A stretch of DNA of 64,000 nucleotides from Candidatus Binatia bacterium (GCA_963666515.2 OY762897.2:4448001-4512000), one strand, 5' to 3'. Numbered from the stretch's first letter, positions 18,720-30,953 are shown. Notes: a model not told the origin generated them from the sequence alone. Numbers and translations are program-made.

Positions 18720-19562
18720 CTACTTCCAATCGGTGACGATCTTGTCTCGGAAAATCGCAGTTCTTGAACCGCGAGAAAGATATTCGATTACTCCAACGAG
18801 TTCTTTGGAGGCGTCGATGTTCAGAGTTGTTTCTATAGGCGGGGAACGATAATATTCCACTTCATAAGAAACAATTTTCAATTTCAACCCGTCGCCTCTC
18901 AGGTATGCATTCTCAAATGATTCCGAGTGTGTAAACTGGCCGTAGCTACTTTCTAGCGTGTCGAGCCGATGAGCTAGCTCGTATAGAGAATAGCTTTCTT
19001 TCTTCGCCAAGTCGTCAACAAAGGTTTCGGTGTTGAGACCAAAGCGGCTGTCGATATTGTCTTGTTTCAGACCCGAGTTCTCTTTCAGCCAATTGGCGTC
19101 AACGAATGGGCGGAAACGCGTTATACGGGTGGGTACTTCCATGTGAAGGTGGAGATTAATCTCCCGGATCCTGTCTTCCCAATCATCAAGGCGTTGCTCA
19201 CGAACAATCAATAGCTCAATGCCGTTGCTTTCAGCCTTGTTCTTTGCGCCTTTCTGGTAGCCGGTTTTGGTGGCGAACACAGGTTTTAGGTCAGGGATGT
19301 CATGGATATTCCCTATCAAGGCGTCAATTTTCTCCAGTGATATGGGGGTAGCGTAGTCCTTACACTCAATTACCGTTTTGTACGTGACCCCAGCGAGCTC
19401 ATATTCCCAGTACAAATCGAACTCTCGGGTATTCCCGGAACGGTCGATGATTTTCTTCCTGCGCTCTACGACTATGTTCTTTTGTTGCGTGAGCGGTTCT
19501 GAGTCCAGAAGTGCCTGTTGGAGCCGTTGAACGAAAATCTCATATTCTGTTCCGTCAGACAT
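18720..19562 (-). CDS. Restriction endonuclease-like protein (Mrr_cat/PD-(D/E)XK N-terminal domain)
   Basis: GTEYE, REFD...IECKDY and GYQKGA motifs; visibly lower GC than the backbone. Confidence 0.8.
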   Translation of the reverse strand: MSDGTEYEIFVQRLQQALLDSEPLTQQKNIVVERRKKIIDRSGNTREFDLYWEYELAGVTYKTVIECKDYATPISLEKIDALIGNIHDIPDLKPVFATKTGYQKGAKNKAESNGIELLIVREQRLDDWEDRIREINLHLHMEVPTRITRFRPFVDANWLKENSGLKQDNIDSRFGLNTETFVDDLAKKESYSLYELAHRLDTLESSYGQFTHSESFENAYLRGDGLKLKIVSYEVEYYRSPPIETTLNIDASKELVGVIEYLSRGSRTAIFRDKIVTDWK

Positions 19563-19690
19563 ATTGGGCTCCTGCTACAAGGTGATGTCGAGGCACAAAA
19601 CTGGAAGCATGATTTAGCGAACCGCGTGCGACTCCAAGTCACTGCTCGGTAAAGCCGAGTCATCCGGGCGTGTGTCCCGTCAGGCTTCGG

Positions 19691-19981
19691 TTACGAAGCT
19701 AGCGCTCTGGCGAGAGCCAGAGGATTCTTCGCCGCAACCCGCAGCAAGGCGCGGGCTGGTCCATCGGGTCGTCGGCGACCTTGTTCCCAGTTCTGAAGAG
19801 TTGCCACGCTGACGCCGATCATCAAGGCAAACTCCTGCTGGGACTTCTTTAACTGGGCTCGAATCGCACGCAAGTTTTCGGGATGGAAGTCGGTAACGCG
19901 GCCAGGGTTGAGTTGCCCTCGACGGATTTTCCCGGCCTGCTTGACGCTTTCCGTCAACCGGTCAAAGTTCTTTTGTCTCAC
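19691..19981 (-). CDS. HigA-like HTH_XRE antitoxin
   Basis: SQQEFALMIGVSVATLQNWEQGRRRPDGPARALL. Confidence 0.88.
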   Translation of the reverse strand: MRQKNFDRLTESVKQAGKIRRGQLNPGRVTDFHPENLRAIRAQLKKSQQEFALMIGVSVATLQNWEQGRRRPDGPARALLRVAAKNPLALARALAS

Positions 19982-20296
19982 TTGAATTCCTCCCGAACCA
20001 GTCGTTGGAGCGTTGCAGCTTGCTTAGGTGTGAGGTCTTCCTGGTCATTCTTGCGATACACGGTTAGCATGTAGAGTGTCTCGGAAGCGACTTCCCAATA
20101 GTAGATTACCCGCAGACCGCCACGCTTTCCCCCGCCCGCCCTACGCCAGCGCACTTTGCGCAAGCCTCCGGAACCCCGAATCAGGGCTCCCTGGGTGGGC
20201 CGAAGCAGTAAGGCCAATTGCAGTTGCCTGTATTCGTCCAACGACAGTTCATTTTCGATGTTCCTCGGTGAAGACGGGTGTCTCGACAAAACGCAC
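19978..20296 (-). pseudogene. RelE/HigB-family toxin, frameshifted near codon 12
   Basis: GTG start gives MRFVETPVFTEE then a stop three codons later; the remainder (IENELSLDEY...GSGGLRKVRW...GKRGGLRVIYY) is in another frame; span is 319 nt (3n+1). Confidence 0.8.
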
Positions 20297-20306
20297 CTTA
20301 TCAAGA

Positions 20307-20321
20307 TACGCCAATGGCGTA
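20307..20321. promoter_or_regulatory. Palindromic operator of the TA operon
   Basis: Perfect TACGCCA-A-TGGCGTA, 10 nt upstream of the toxin start. Confidence 0.6.
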
Positions 20322-20466
20322 GCGAAGGCAAATCCTGGTATGTGTTATCGTGTGGGAATCTACAAGCGTGGCGGAGAGGATCCTCCCAACGAGGCCCGGC
20401 ACAATGGCTGTGTTTCGGATGCCTCGCGGATTGTCGGAAACCCGTCAAAGGCTTAGGAATTCCCGC

Positions 20467-21357
20467 TCAGATCACCTTGTTCAGTGGATACTCCACGATT
20501 CCCACGGCGCCGTTGCGCGTCAGCTCGGGGATAAGCTCGCGCACCACGTCCTCGGCGATGATGCTTTCCACCGAGAACCACTTTTTTCCTTTCAGTGCCG
20601 GGGTGTCGTAGAGGGTCGCGACGGTCGGCGCGGTGACGCTGGGGATCAGTCCGATGATCTTCTCCAGGTCATCTTCCATCACGTTCATCTTGATGCCGAC
20701 CTTGTGCTCGGCGGCCAGGGCGCCCTGGAGCAGCATGCTGATCTGCTCGATCTTGGCGCGTTTCCAGGGGTCCTGCCAGGCGGTCTTGTTGGCGATGAGC
20801 TGGGGCGCGGACTCCAGCAGGTCGGTGACGATGCGGAGACCGTGGGCGCGGATGGTGCCGCCGGTTTCGGTCACCTCGACGATGGCGTCGGCCAATCCCT
20901 CGGCGGCCTTGGCCTCGGTGGCGCCCCAGGAGAACTCCACGTCCACGGGCGTGTCGTGCGCCTCGAACAGCCGCCGGGTGAAGTTGACCATCTCGGTGGC
21001 GACCTTCTTGCCCTTTAGGTCCTCGATCTTCTGCACCGGCGAGTCGTGGGGCACGGCCAGCACCCAGCGGGTGGGGCGGAAGCTCGTCTTGGCGTAGACC
21101 AGCTCGGTGATGTACTCGACCTGGGAGTCGTTTTCCTGGATCCAGTCCCTGCCGGTGATGCCGGCGTCCAGGGTGCCGTCCTCCACGTAGCGGGACATCT
21201 CCTGCGCGCGCACGACGCTGCAGTTCAGGGTCTTGTCGTCGATGGAGGGGAAGTAGCTCCGGTCCATGCCGGTGATCTTCCAGCCCGACTTGCGGAACAG
21301 CTCGATGGTGGACTTCTCCAGGCTTCCCTTGGGAAGCCCCAGCTTGAGTTGACTCAC
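20467..21357 (-). CDS. hisG: ATP phosphoribosyltransferase (long form)
   Basis: GTG start; [18 protein letters not shown] and ETGGT motifs; C-terminal regulatory domain. Confidence 0.95.
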   Translation of the reverse strand: MSQLKLGLPKGSLEKSTIELFRKSGWKITGMDRSYFPSIDDKTLNCSVVRAQEMSRYVEDGTLDAGITGRDWIQENDSQVEYITELVYAKTSFRPTRWVLAVPHDSPVQKIEDLKGKKVATEMVNFTRRLFEAHDTPVDVEFSWGATEAKAAEGLADAIVEVTETGGTIRAHGLRIVTDLLESAPQLIANKTAWQDPWKRAKIEQISMLLQGALAAEHKVGIKMNVMEDDLEKIIGLIPSVTAPTVATLYDTPALKGKKWFSVESIIAEDVVRELIPELTRNGAVGIVEYPLNKVI

Positions 21358-21731
21358 TTGTTGTAGACCTCCTCGGGGTCGAACACCTTCTCGGCGCAGA
21401 TCTCCCAGTCGGCGCCGGCGTCGTGGCGGAAGAAGCAGGTGCGGTAGCCCAGGTGGCAGGCGCCGCCGCCCTGCTGGTCGATCTTGAGGATCAGCGTGTC
21501 GTTGTCGCAGTCCACCAGGATGTCGTGGACCACCTGGAAGTGGCCCGACTCCTCGCCCTTGAGCCACAGCTTGTCGCGGGAGCGGCTGTAATAATGGGCC
21601 TTTCCGGTCTCGCGGGTAAGGTTGAAAGCCTGCTCGTTCATGTAGGCGAGCATGAGCACGTCCAGGGTCTCGTGGTCCTGCACCACCACCGGGACGATCC
21701 CTCCGCCCTTGGCAAAATCGATGCTCTCCAT
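21354..21731 (-). CDS. hisI: Phosphoribosyl-AMP cyclohydrolase
   Basis: [19 protein letters not shown] and ACHLG..TCF motifs. Confidence 0.95.
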   Translation of the reverse strand: MESIDFAKGGGIVPVVVQDHETLDVLMLAYMNEQAFNLTRETGKAHYYSRSRDKLWLKGEESGHFQVVHDILVDCDNDTLILKIDQQGGGACHLGYRTCFFRHDAGADWEICAEKVFDPEEVYNK

Positions 21732-21910
21732 TCGGGTCTGTACCCCTTTCTCAAGTCTGTGTTCGGGAATGCGCTGGTCACCAGGAGCCCCGCATGGCGG
21801 GAGTGGTCCGGCTGGTCCGCACTATGCAAGAAAGGAAATAAAACATACAAAGGTTGGGCGCGCAAATGGACGCTTGGCGGCCCTGTTTTCAGGGAATCGG
21901 GAGCGGGGAC

Positions 21911-22231
21911 ATGAGTGAATTCCTGGTCGTCTACATCACGGCGTCGGGGGAGAACGCCACGGATCTGGCGAGCGCGCTGGTGCGCGAAAAGCTGGCTGCC
22001 TGCGTCAACCGCATCCCCGGGGTGGAGTCCACCTACACCTGGGACGGCCGGGTGGAGCGCGACACCGAGGACCTCCTCATCGTCAAGACCCGCGCCGGCC
22101 TCTTCGACCGTCTGAAGGAGAGGGTCCAGGCCCTCCACGCCTACGATGTCCCGGAGATCATTGCCGTCCCCATCGTCGAGGGGAACGAGGGCTACCTGGA
22201 GTGGATGACCGCCTGCCTGTTGAAGGAGTAG
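21911..22231 (+). CDS. cutA: Divalent-cation tolerance protein CutA
   Basis: LAACVN, STYTWDG and HAYDVPEII motifs. Confidence 0.92.
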   Translation: MSEFLVVYITASGENATDLASALVREKLAACVNRIPGVESTYTWDGRVERDTEDLLIVKTRAGLFDRLKERVQALHAYDVPEIIAVPIVEGNEGYLEWMTACLLKE

Positions 22232-22304
22232 GGTCTGTGGAGATTGGTGAAAGCGGCGGCCGGACGTATTCCGAAAATGCCAGACAGTTCGGTTGTTGGG
22301 ATTG

Positions 22305-23561
22305 CTACCCGCCGTTCGTCCGGTCCCTGCCGGTCTTGGCGACTCTCTTATTGAGGCGACGACCCTTGAGGGCGATCCCGGCTTCGGTCAACACATAGGC
22401 TTGGTCCGGATGATTGGGCTTGTATGGACGGGTCATTCGGAGTACGCCGCTTCGCAACAGCGGCTCAAGATGGGCGCGGCGGAAGAAGGTGCGGTGCGCG
22501 AAGCCGAGTTCGACCAGGATGTCCGTCAGGGAGCGCGGTTCATCGCAGAACATAATGACTTTCCAGGCCGCCTCGTCGAGATATTCAGGTGCGGGAACTC
22601 GGTCAGTGCCCAACCTTGGTGGTCCAGGACTGACTTGGTCAGTGACCAACCTGGGCGGTCTTGAGCCGACTTGTGCAGTGGACAAGTTCTCCCGTCCGGA
22701 CCGGGGTTGGTCACGGACCGGGTCCGATCGTTCGGTGGCGGTTCGATCATTGGCTTGGTCAGTCCGGCCTGGCCGTCCCTTAAGTCGTGTAGCAATCTCG
22801 AAGACCGGCGCTTCCTCCGGCAAAGCGTCGGACCAGTCCCGGCGATGCCACTGCCAGTCCACGACCGGGCGGGGCAGCATCTGGCGAACCGCACGCTCAA
22901 CGCCGAATAGAAGGACCGACGCGCGCGTCGGCAGCAACCGGCTGCCGATTTCGACGACGAGGCCCCAATGATACAGAAACTCCAGGTGCGAGAGCGTCTC
23001 GTCGTGGCGACCGGGATTTCGGTCGTCGAAACGCTTCCGATACCAACGTAGAGAATCGTCGTCAAAGCATTGTTCGGGAGCGAGGTCCAGCGGCTCCCCA
23101 TCGTAGCGTTCGTCTGCCGCGTCGCGGAGCAGTCGCTCGAGTTGTATTTCCGTGCATCGCTCGTCGCCCGCCCCCCGGCGGATGAACGACTGCCGGATAT
23201 CGCCGCCAAGGTAGACCGGTTTGTCCTGCCTGCGCGCCTCGGGAATATGAAAGGCGAGAAGCGCCTTGCCATCCTCCTCGATCAACCGTTCCTTTACGGC
23301 GATGACGCGGTTCAGCTTCTGACCGGAACGCAAGACGCTAAGGAAGTCGTTCTGGACCTTGTCTACCTCCTCGACTCCGACGATCTCGAAGCCGCCCGCA
23401 ACGTCCCGGACGCCGAAGATCAGCCATCCACCCTCTGTGTTGGAAAAGGCGGAAACCGTTTCGTAGGCGGACGCCGGTACGTTCCGTTGAGCTCTCTTGA
23501 ACTCGACGTCGTTCCACTCGTAGTAACCCTTGAGGCGTTCGATGAGTTCCTGCCGATCCAT
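22305..23561 (-). CDS. AlbA_2/Schlafen-like domain protein with C-terminal wHTH (probably internally deleted)
   Basis: VEFK...SAFSNTEGGWLIFGV at the N-terminus; C-terminal LEPLL...KPNHPDQAY wHTH. Confidence 0.75.
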   Translation of the reverse strand: MDRQELIERLKGYYEWNDVEFKRAQRNVPASAYETVSAFSNTEGGWLIFGVRDVAGGFEIVGVEEVDKVQNDFLSVLRSGQKLNRVIAVKERLIEEDGKALLAFHIPEARRQDKPVYLGGDIRQSFIRRGAGDERCTEIQLERLLRDAADERYDGEPLDLAPEQCFDDDSLRWYRKRFDDRNPGRHDETLSHLEFLYHWGLVVEIGSRLLPTRASVLLFGVERAVRQMLPRPVVDWQWHRRDWSDALPEEAPVFEIATRLKGRPGRTDQANDRTATERSDPVRDQPRSGRENLSTAQVGSRPPRLVTDQVSPGPPRLGTDRVPAPEYLDEAAWKVIMFCDEPRSLTDILVELGFAHRTFFRRAHLEPLLRSGVLRMTRPYKPNHPDQAYVLTEAGIALKGRRLNKRVAKTGRDRTNGG

Positions 23562-23775
23562 GATTCATTTTACCAACTGCCGAGGGAGGTTACCAAATGG
23601 CCAGGATGGCGCACTACAGGACGGATCGGAACAAGATGATCCTCGTGTAGATTTGGAATCCTTGCGATCAATTCCGCTTTTGTCTACGAATACTGTTCGA
23701 GGCCGGACGGGTCAGCGCGGAATCATGCGCCTCCTTCCGAGCCTGAGTTCGCCAATCAGCCAGGGAGTACAGACC

Positions 23776-25152
23776 ATGAGAGACCTCCAGGAATTCATTG
23801 CGGCCGAGGAAGCGCGGCGCCCGGGCGACCTGATCCGGGTGAAGGACCCCATCGACCCCAACAAGTGCGAGACCATCGCCTTCCTCAAGCACCTGGATGA
23901 CCGCGGGCTGGAGAAGATGGTGCTGTTCGAGAACGTGACGACGCTGGAAGGGAAGCCGTCGCCTTTCCCGCTCTTCTATAATCCGTGGGTGAGCCGGCAG
24001 TTCTGCGCCGACGGCATCGGCATGGGCGACCTCAAGTCCAAGATGGAGTTGAGCCTGGAGGTTTCGCGGCTGGAGAAGGAGAAGGGCGACACGGAGGTGG
24101 TCGCCCCCGACGCCGCGCCGTGCCGGGAGGTGGTGGTCCGGGGTTCCGACGTGGACCTGGCCAAGTACCCCATCCCCATGCACCACGACCTCGACGTGGG
24201 CCCCTACTGGACCATGGCCTGCGTCATGAAAGGGGAGTCAGACCCCTTCTACGACATCACCTTCACCAAGAACCTCTATTACGACGGCCGGACCATGAGC
24301 TTCTCGGCCCACAAGCACCACCACCTGGAAGCCATCGTCAGCGAGAACGAGGCCAAAGACCAGCGCGCGCCGGTGATCATCGTGATGGGGCACCACCCGG
24401 CGTTCTACTTCTCGTCCTGTTGCATGACCCCCTACGGCAACGACGACTACCAGAGCGCTGCGGCGTTCATGCGCGAGCCGTTGCGGCTGACCCCGTCGGT
24501 GACATGGGGCGAGGACTTCCTCGTGCCCGCGGACGCCGAGATGATCATCGAGGGCGAGGTTCCGCCCAACGTACGGCGCTCCCAGAATCCCTTCGGCGAG
24601 GTGCTGCGCTACTACCAGGTGACCATGGACGTGCCCATCATCGAGGTCACCGCCGTCACGCATCGCAGGAACGCCGTGATGCAGGACATCTGGGCCGGCC
24701 AGAAGGACCACTGGAACTTGGGTGGTATCACCAAGGAGGGCAGCGTTTACAACTCCATCAAGCGCAACATCCCGGGCATCAAGGCCATCAACCTGCCCCA
24801 CTCCGGATGCGCCCGGGTGATCTGCTACATCTCCATCAAGAAGGAGTTCCCCAACGAGCCCAAGAAGGCGGCCTTGCAGGCCTTCGCCGACATGCCCAAC
24901 CTCAAGCTCTGCGTGGTGGTGGACGACGACGTGGACGTGTTCAACGAGCGCGACGTGCTGTGGGCGGTGGGCACCCGCACCCACTGGGACCGGGACCTGG
25001 ACGTCATCCGCGAGGTCCAGAACTTCCGCGGCTGGCTCGGCGACAGCGTCGCCGTGGTAGATGCCACCCGCCCCCTGGAAGGCGAGTTCCCCATCAAGAA
25101 CGAGGTGCCCATCGAGGCCATGAAGCGGGTGGACGTGAGCAAGTACGTATGA
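23776..25152 (+). CDS. UbiD family decarboxylase, divergent
   Basis: LFENV, DLAKYPIP, EMIIEG, PFGE, VVVDDDVDVF and DAT motifs; GGGAG RBS. Confidence 0.85.
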   Translation: MRDLQEFIAAEEARRPGDLIRVKDPIDPNKCETIAFLKHLDDRGLEKMVLFENVTTLEGKPSPFPLFYNPWVSRQFCADGIGMGDLKSKMELSLEVSRLEKEKGDTEVVAPDAAPCREVVVRGSDVDLAKYPIPMHHDLDVGPYWTMACVMKGESDPFYDITFTKNLYYDGRTMSFSAHKHHHLEAIVSENEAKDQRAPVIIVMGHHPAFYFSSCCMTPYGNDDYQSAAAFMREPLRLTPSVTWGEDFLVPADAEMIIEGEVPPNVRRSQNPFGEVLRYYQVTMDVPIIEVTAVTHRRNAVMQDIWAGQKDHWNLGGITKEGSVYNSIKRNIPGIKAINLPHSGCARVICYISIKKEFPNEPKKAALQAFADMPNLKLCVVVDDDVDVFNERDVLWAVGTRTHWDRDLDVIREVQNFRGWLGDSVAVVDATRPLEGEFPIKNEVPIEAMKRVDVSKYV

Positions 25153-25186
25153 CGTGATCGAGAGGAAGCGGAGAGAGGACCAGGAA

Positions 25187-25531
25187 ATGGCCAAGCTGAA
25201 ATTCTACTACAAGAACACCTGAACCACCTGTCGCAAGGCAAGAAGTTTCTTGCAATCACAAGGGGCGGAGCTGGAGGAGCGGGAGTACGGCAAGCAGCCG
25301 TTGACCGAGAAAGAGTTGGGATCCATCATCGGCAGCGAGCCGGTGACGGATTTTCTCAACACGCGGACGCCGCTCTACCGCGAGCGGAAGATGAAGGACA
25401 ACCCTCCCACCAAAGAGGAGGCCATCCGGCTGATGCTCGGGGACCAGAATCTCTTGCGCCGCCCGGTCACCATCAAGGGCAAGCGCAAGGTCGCCGGCTT
25501 CGACGAGGCCGCGCTCAAGGCCCTGCTCTGA
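25187..25531 (+). CDS. ArsC/Spx family protein, probable selenoprotein (in-frame TGA at 25220)
   Basis: MAKLKFYYKNT-[TGA]-TTCRKA...NLLRRP...GF; the TGA sits at the first Cys of the CxxC motif; RBS before ATG 25187. Confidence 0.82.
25238..25253 (+). promoter_or_regulatory. Candidate bacterial SECIS hairpin
   Basis: GCAAGA-AGTT-TCTTGC starting 16 nt after the TGA; GU in the apical loop. Confidence 0.6.
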
Positions 25532-25541
25532 CCCGAACCCC

Positions 25542-25880
25542 ATGGGCCAGATCACCTTCGACGACTTCCTGAAGGTCGACGTGCGCGTCGGCACCATCAC
25601 CCGGGTGGAGCCTTTCCCGGAGGCGCGCAAGCCCGCCTACAAGCTGTACGTGGATTTCGGTCCCGAGATCGGCGAGCGCAAGAGCTCGGCCCAGGTCACG
25701 CACCACTACACCGCGGAGGAGCTGGTGGGCCGGCAGGTCGCCGCCGTGGTGAACTTCCCGCCCAAGCAGATCGGCCCGTTCCGTTCCGAGATCCTCGTGC
25801 TGGGCTTTCCCGACGCCGGCGGCGAGGTGGTGATGATCGAGCCCAACCGCCCGGTGCCGAACGGCGGCCGGCTGTTTTGA
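25542..25880 (+). CDS. csaA: tRNA-binding protein/chaperone CsaA
   Basis: [24 protein letters not shown] and [10 protein letters not shown] motifs. Confidence 0.92.
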   Translation: MGQITFDDFLKVDVRVGTITRVEPFPEARKPAYKLYVDFGPEIGERKSSAQVTHHYTAEELVGRQVAAVVNFPPKQIGPFRSEILVLGFPDAGGEVVMIEPNRPVPNGGRLF

Positions 25881-25917
25881 AAAAGCCGCCTGCTCCGTAT
25901 ACGGCGCAGGCGGCTTT
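25880..25917. terminator. Bidirectional intrinsic terminator between csaA and thiC
   Basis: AAAAGCCGCCTGC...GCAGGCGGCTTT hairpin. Confidence 0.75.
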
Positions 25918-25954
25918 CGTGCAGGATGACTTGGCGCTTCAGGCGCGCCGTTTC

Positions 25955-27877
<1,923 letters not shown>

Positions 27878-28021
27878 TCACGAAGTTCCGTATTGCCTGT
27901 ACGGACCTCGATGCAAGGGGATACGGTGTTGGAACCCTTCACTTCTATCGCAACGAGGCTCACGGCGTCAAGGTAGACGGCGGCGGGGTGGACGGGCGGG
28001 GAGTGCGTCCGGGGGCGGCGG

Positions 28022-28590
<569 letters not shown>

Positions 28591-28594
<4 letters not shown>

Positions 28595-29421
28595 GGCAAA
28601 TAGGAAAGCGGGTTCCGGGCGACGTTGTTCCTGCGGATCTCGAAGTGGAGGACGGGGGTGGTGACCCGGCCGGTGGCGCCGACCTCGGCGATGACCTGCC
28701 TGCGGTTCACCCTTTGTCCCTGCCGCACCAGGTTCCGGCGGTTGTGCGCGTAGACCGACGCGAAGCCGCCCCGGTGGCGCACGATGATGAGGTTGCCGTA
28801 GCCGCGCAGGTGGTCGCTGTAGATCACCCGTCCCGCCAGCGTCGCCCGGACCGGGGTGCCCGAAGGCGCGGCGATGTCGATTCCGTCATTGAGGCTGTCG
28901 AGCCGTGAATCGAACCTGGCGGTGATCTTCCCCTTCACGGGCCAGGCGAAGCCTTGTTTCGCCGGTGGCCGCCGCCTGGCTCGCTTCCGGGCCGCCGGCG
29001 TCGAGGGCCGGGCGGCTCGGGCGCGCGGGGTTTGTCTGACCGCGGCCTTGTTGCGAGACGGTTTCCCGGGCGTGGCCTTCACACGAGGCGGTGGCCGCCG
29101 GGGCTCCTTGATCGGGGTGATGATCTCCACGGGCAACACCCGTGTCGCGCCGGGTATGAACAGCCGTCGCCCGATCCGGATGTCGCGGGCATCGGCGATG
29201 CGGTTGGTGCGCGCCAGGGCCTTGTGATCGATGCCGTACGCCTTGCCGATGCGGTAGAGGTTCTCGCCTTTCTTGACGACGTGGTGGATGCCGGCTTTCG
29301 CGGGAGCCCTTCCGGGCGCGCGGCGGGTGACATCGCGGTTGTCGTGGTAGCTGCAGCCGGCTGCGGCGAGGATGATCGGAAGGCAGAGCAGTCCGAGAGC
29401 GCGAACGGCTAATCCGGCCAA
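28591..29421 (-). CDS. nlpD: LysM/M23 peptidase lipoprotein (NlpD-like)
   Basis: TTG start after GGAGG; lipobox AAGC; LysM domain; GIDI, YGN, YAH and LHFEIR motifs. Confidence 0.88.
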
Positions 29422-30080
29422 CCGTACCTCCCCATAAGCTTGACGAACCGACATCCTCCAAGGTCCGTTTCTTCGAGGCCGGTGGGGGTCCGGGCCATGA
29501 GCTTGAGGTTCTGTGACTGGTCGTCGCCGATGGGAATGATGAGCCTGCCGCCGCCCGCGAGTTGCTGAGCCAGCGGCGCCGGCGCTTTCGGCGCCCCCGC
29601 GGCCACGACGATGGCGTCGTAGGGCGCGTGCTCGGACCATCCGAGGGTCCCGTCTCCCAGATGGATCGCCACGTTGTAGTAGCGCAGCTCGTCGAGGATC
29701 GTCCGCGCCTGCACCGCCAGGCTGCGGAGCTTCTCCACCGAGAAGACGTTCGCGCACAACTCCGCCAGGAGCGCCGTCTGGTAGGCGGAGCCGGTGCCGA
29801 TCTCCAGGACGCGTTCGGTGCCCTTCAGCTTGAGGGCCTGCAACATGTACCCGACGATGTAGGGCTGGGAGATGGTCTGCCTGGCGCCGATGGGCAGCGG
29901 GTCGTCGTCGTAGGCGCGGTTGACCAGGGCCGGCTCCACGAAGAGATGGCGCGGCACCTTGCGCATGGCCTGGATCACGCGCGGGTCGTGGACTCCCCGG
30001 TCGAGCAATTGGGACTGGACCATCCGCTCCCTGGCGCCCTCGAATCCTGCGGCACTGCGATTGTTCGAACTCACGGCCAT
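29409..30080 (-). CDS. pcm: Protein-L-isoaspartate O-methyltransferase
   Basis: QTISQP, LEIGTGS, APYDAI and FVKL motifs. Confidence 0.94.
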   Translation of the reverse strand: MAVSSNNRSAAGFEGARERMVQSQLLDRGVHDPRVIQAMRKVPRHLFVEPALVNRAYDDDPLPIGARQTISQPYIVGYMLQALKLKGTERVLEIGTGSAYQTALLAELCANVFSVEKLRSLAVQARTILDELRYYNVAIHLGDGTLGWSEHAPYDAIVVAAGAPKAPAPLAQQLAGGGRLIIPIGDDQSQNLKLMARTPTGLEETDLGGCRFVKLMGRYGWPD

Positions 30081-30124
30081 TGATCGAGGCGGCGGCACGG
30101 GCTGTCTGCGGTCCCGGCAAGAAA

Positions 30125-30201
30125 TGGTCGGGGCGACTGGATTTGAACCAGCGACCACACGCACCCCAAGCGTGTGCGCTACCAGGCTGCGCTACGCCCC
30201 G
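30125..30201 (-). tRNA. tRNA-Pro(GGG)
   Basis: CGGGGCG...CGCCCCGACCA; anticodon arm CACGC-TTGGGGT-GCGTG. Confidence 0.97.
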
Positions 30202-30257
30202 ACACTACCTGAGAACTCTTAACACTCAACCGGGAACGGGTCAATTCTGCCCGGCCG

Positions 30258-30620
30258 CTAGGAGATCATGTCGCGGAGTGAGGTCAGATCTTCCTTGATC
30301 CTGAGGAGGGCTTCCTTGTATTCCGGGTCCGGCCACGGGCTCGGCGGCGGCTCGTCGCCGCCCGGCTCGCGCTGCTTGAGCTTCTTCCTGGCCCCGTCGA
30401 TGGTGTACCCCTCGGTGTACAGAAGCTGCTTGATCTGGAGCAGCAGCTCGACGTCCTTGCGCCGGTAGAGACGGTGGCGGGAGGGCGCCTTGCCGGGGTT
30501 CAGGAGGTCGAACTCGGTCTCCCAGTAGCGCAGCACGTGGGGCTTCAGCTTCAGGAGGGAGCTGACTTCGCCGATCTTGAAGTAGAGCTTGTCGGGAATC
30601 ACGACCGCCATGGGTGCCAT
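30258..30620 (-). CDS. MerR-family regulator (ihfA-linked)
   Basis: KLYFKIGEV...[10 protein letters not shown]; conserved position after ihfA. Confidence 0.9.
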   Translation of the reverse strand: MAPMAVVIPDKLYFKIGEVSSLLKLKPHVLRYWETEFDLLNPGKAPSRHRLYRRKDVELLLQIKQLLYTEGYTIDGARKKLKQREPGGDEPPPSPWPDPEYKEALLRIKEDLTSLRDMIS

Positions 30621-30635
30621 GATATCACGAAACGA

Positions 30636-30953
30636 TCACGAAATGGCGATGCCGTCGGTATCCTGGAGTTCGGCGGGACCGGAATTCATGTTCTTCTTCA
30701 GGGTCTGGCTGGGCTTGAAGGTGAGCACCTTGCGGCCCGCGATGGTGATCTCCTCGCCGGTCTGAGGGTTCCGGCCCTTGCGCGGCTGCTTTCCGTGGAT
30801 GACGAAGTTGCCGAACCCCGAGATCTTGACCTTGTCGCCTGCCTCCAGGCGGGATTTGATGATCTCGAAGGTGGCTTCGACGACGTCGGTGGCCTCCTTC
30901 TTGGAGAAACCCACCCGCTCATAGATCCGGTTGATGATGTCGGCCTTGGTCAT
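30636..30953 (-). CDS. ihfA: Integration host factor alpha
   Basis: MTKADI, ISGFGNF and GRNPQTG motifs; directly after pheT. Confidence 0.93.
   Translation of the reverse strand: MTKADIINRIYERVGFSKKEATDVVEATFEIIKSRLEAGDKVKISGFGNFVIHGKQPRKGRNPQTGEEITIAGRKVLTFKPSQTLKKNMNSGPAELQDTDGIAIS

Noticed and set aside
18601-18720. TAGGGTTCC resembling the start of a guanidine-I (ykkC) riboswitch; possible attC sites around the nuclease genes
   Set aside because: The rest of the aptamer is absent, it lies between convergent genes, and there are no matching attC boxes or integron integrase
21732-21910. His leader peptide or attenuator upstream of hisI
   Set aside because: No His-codon run or U-tract terminator; only small hairpins
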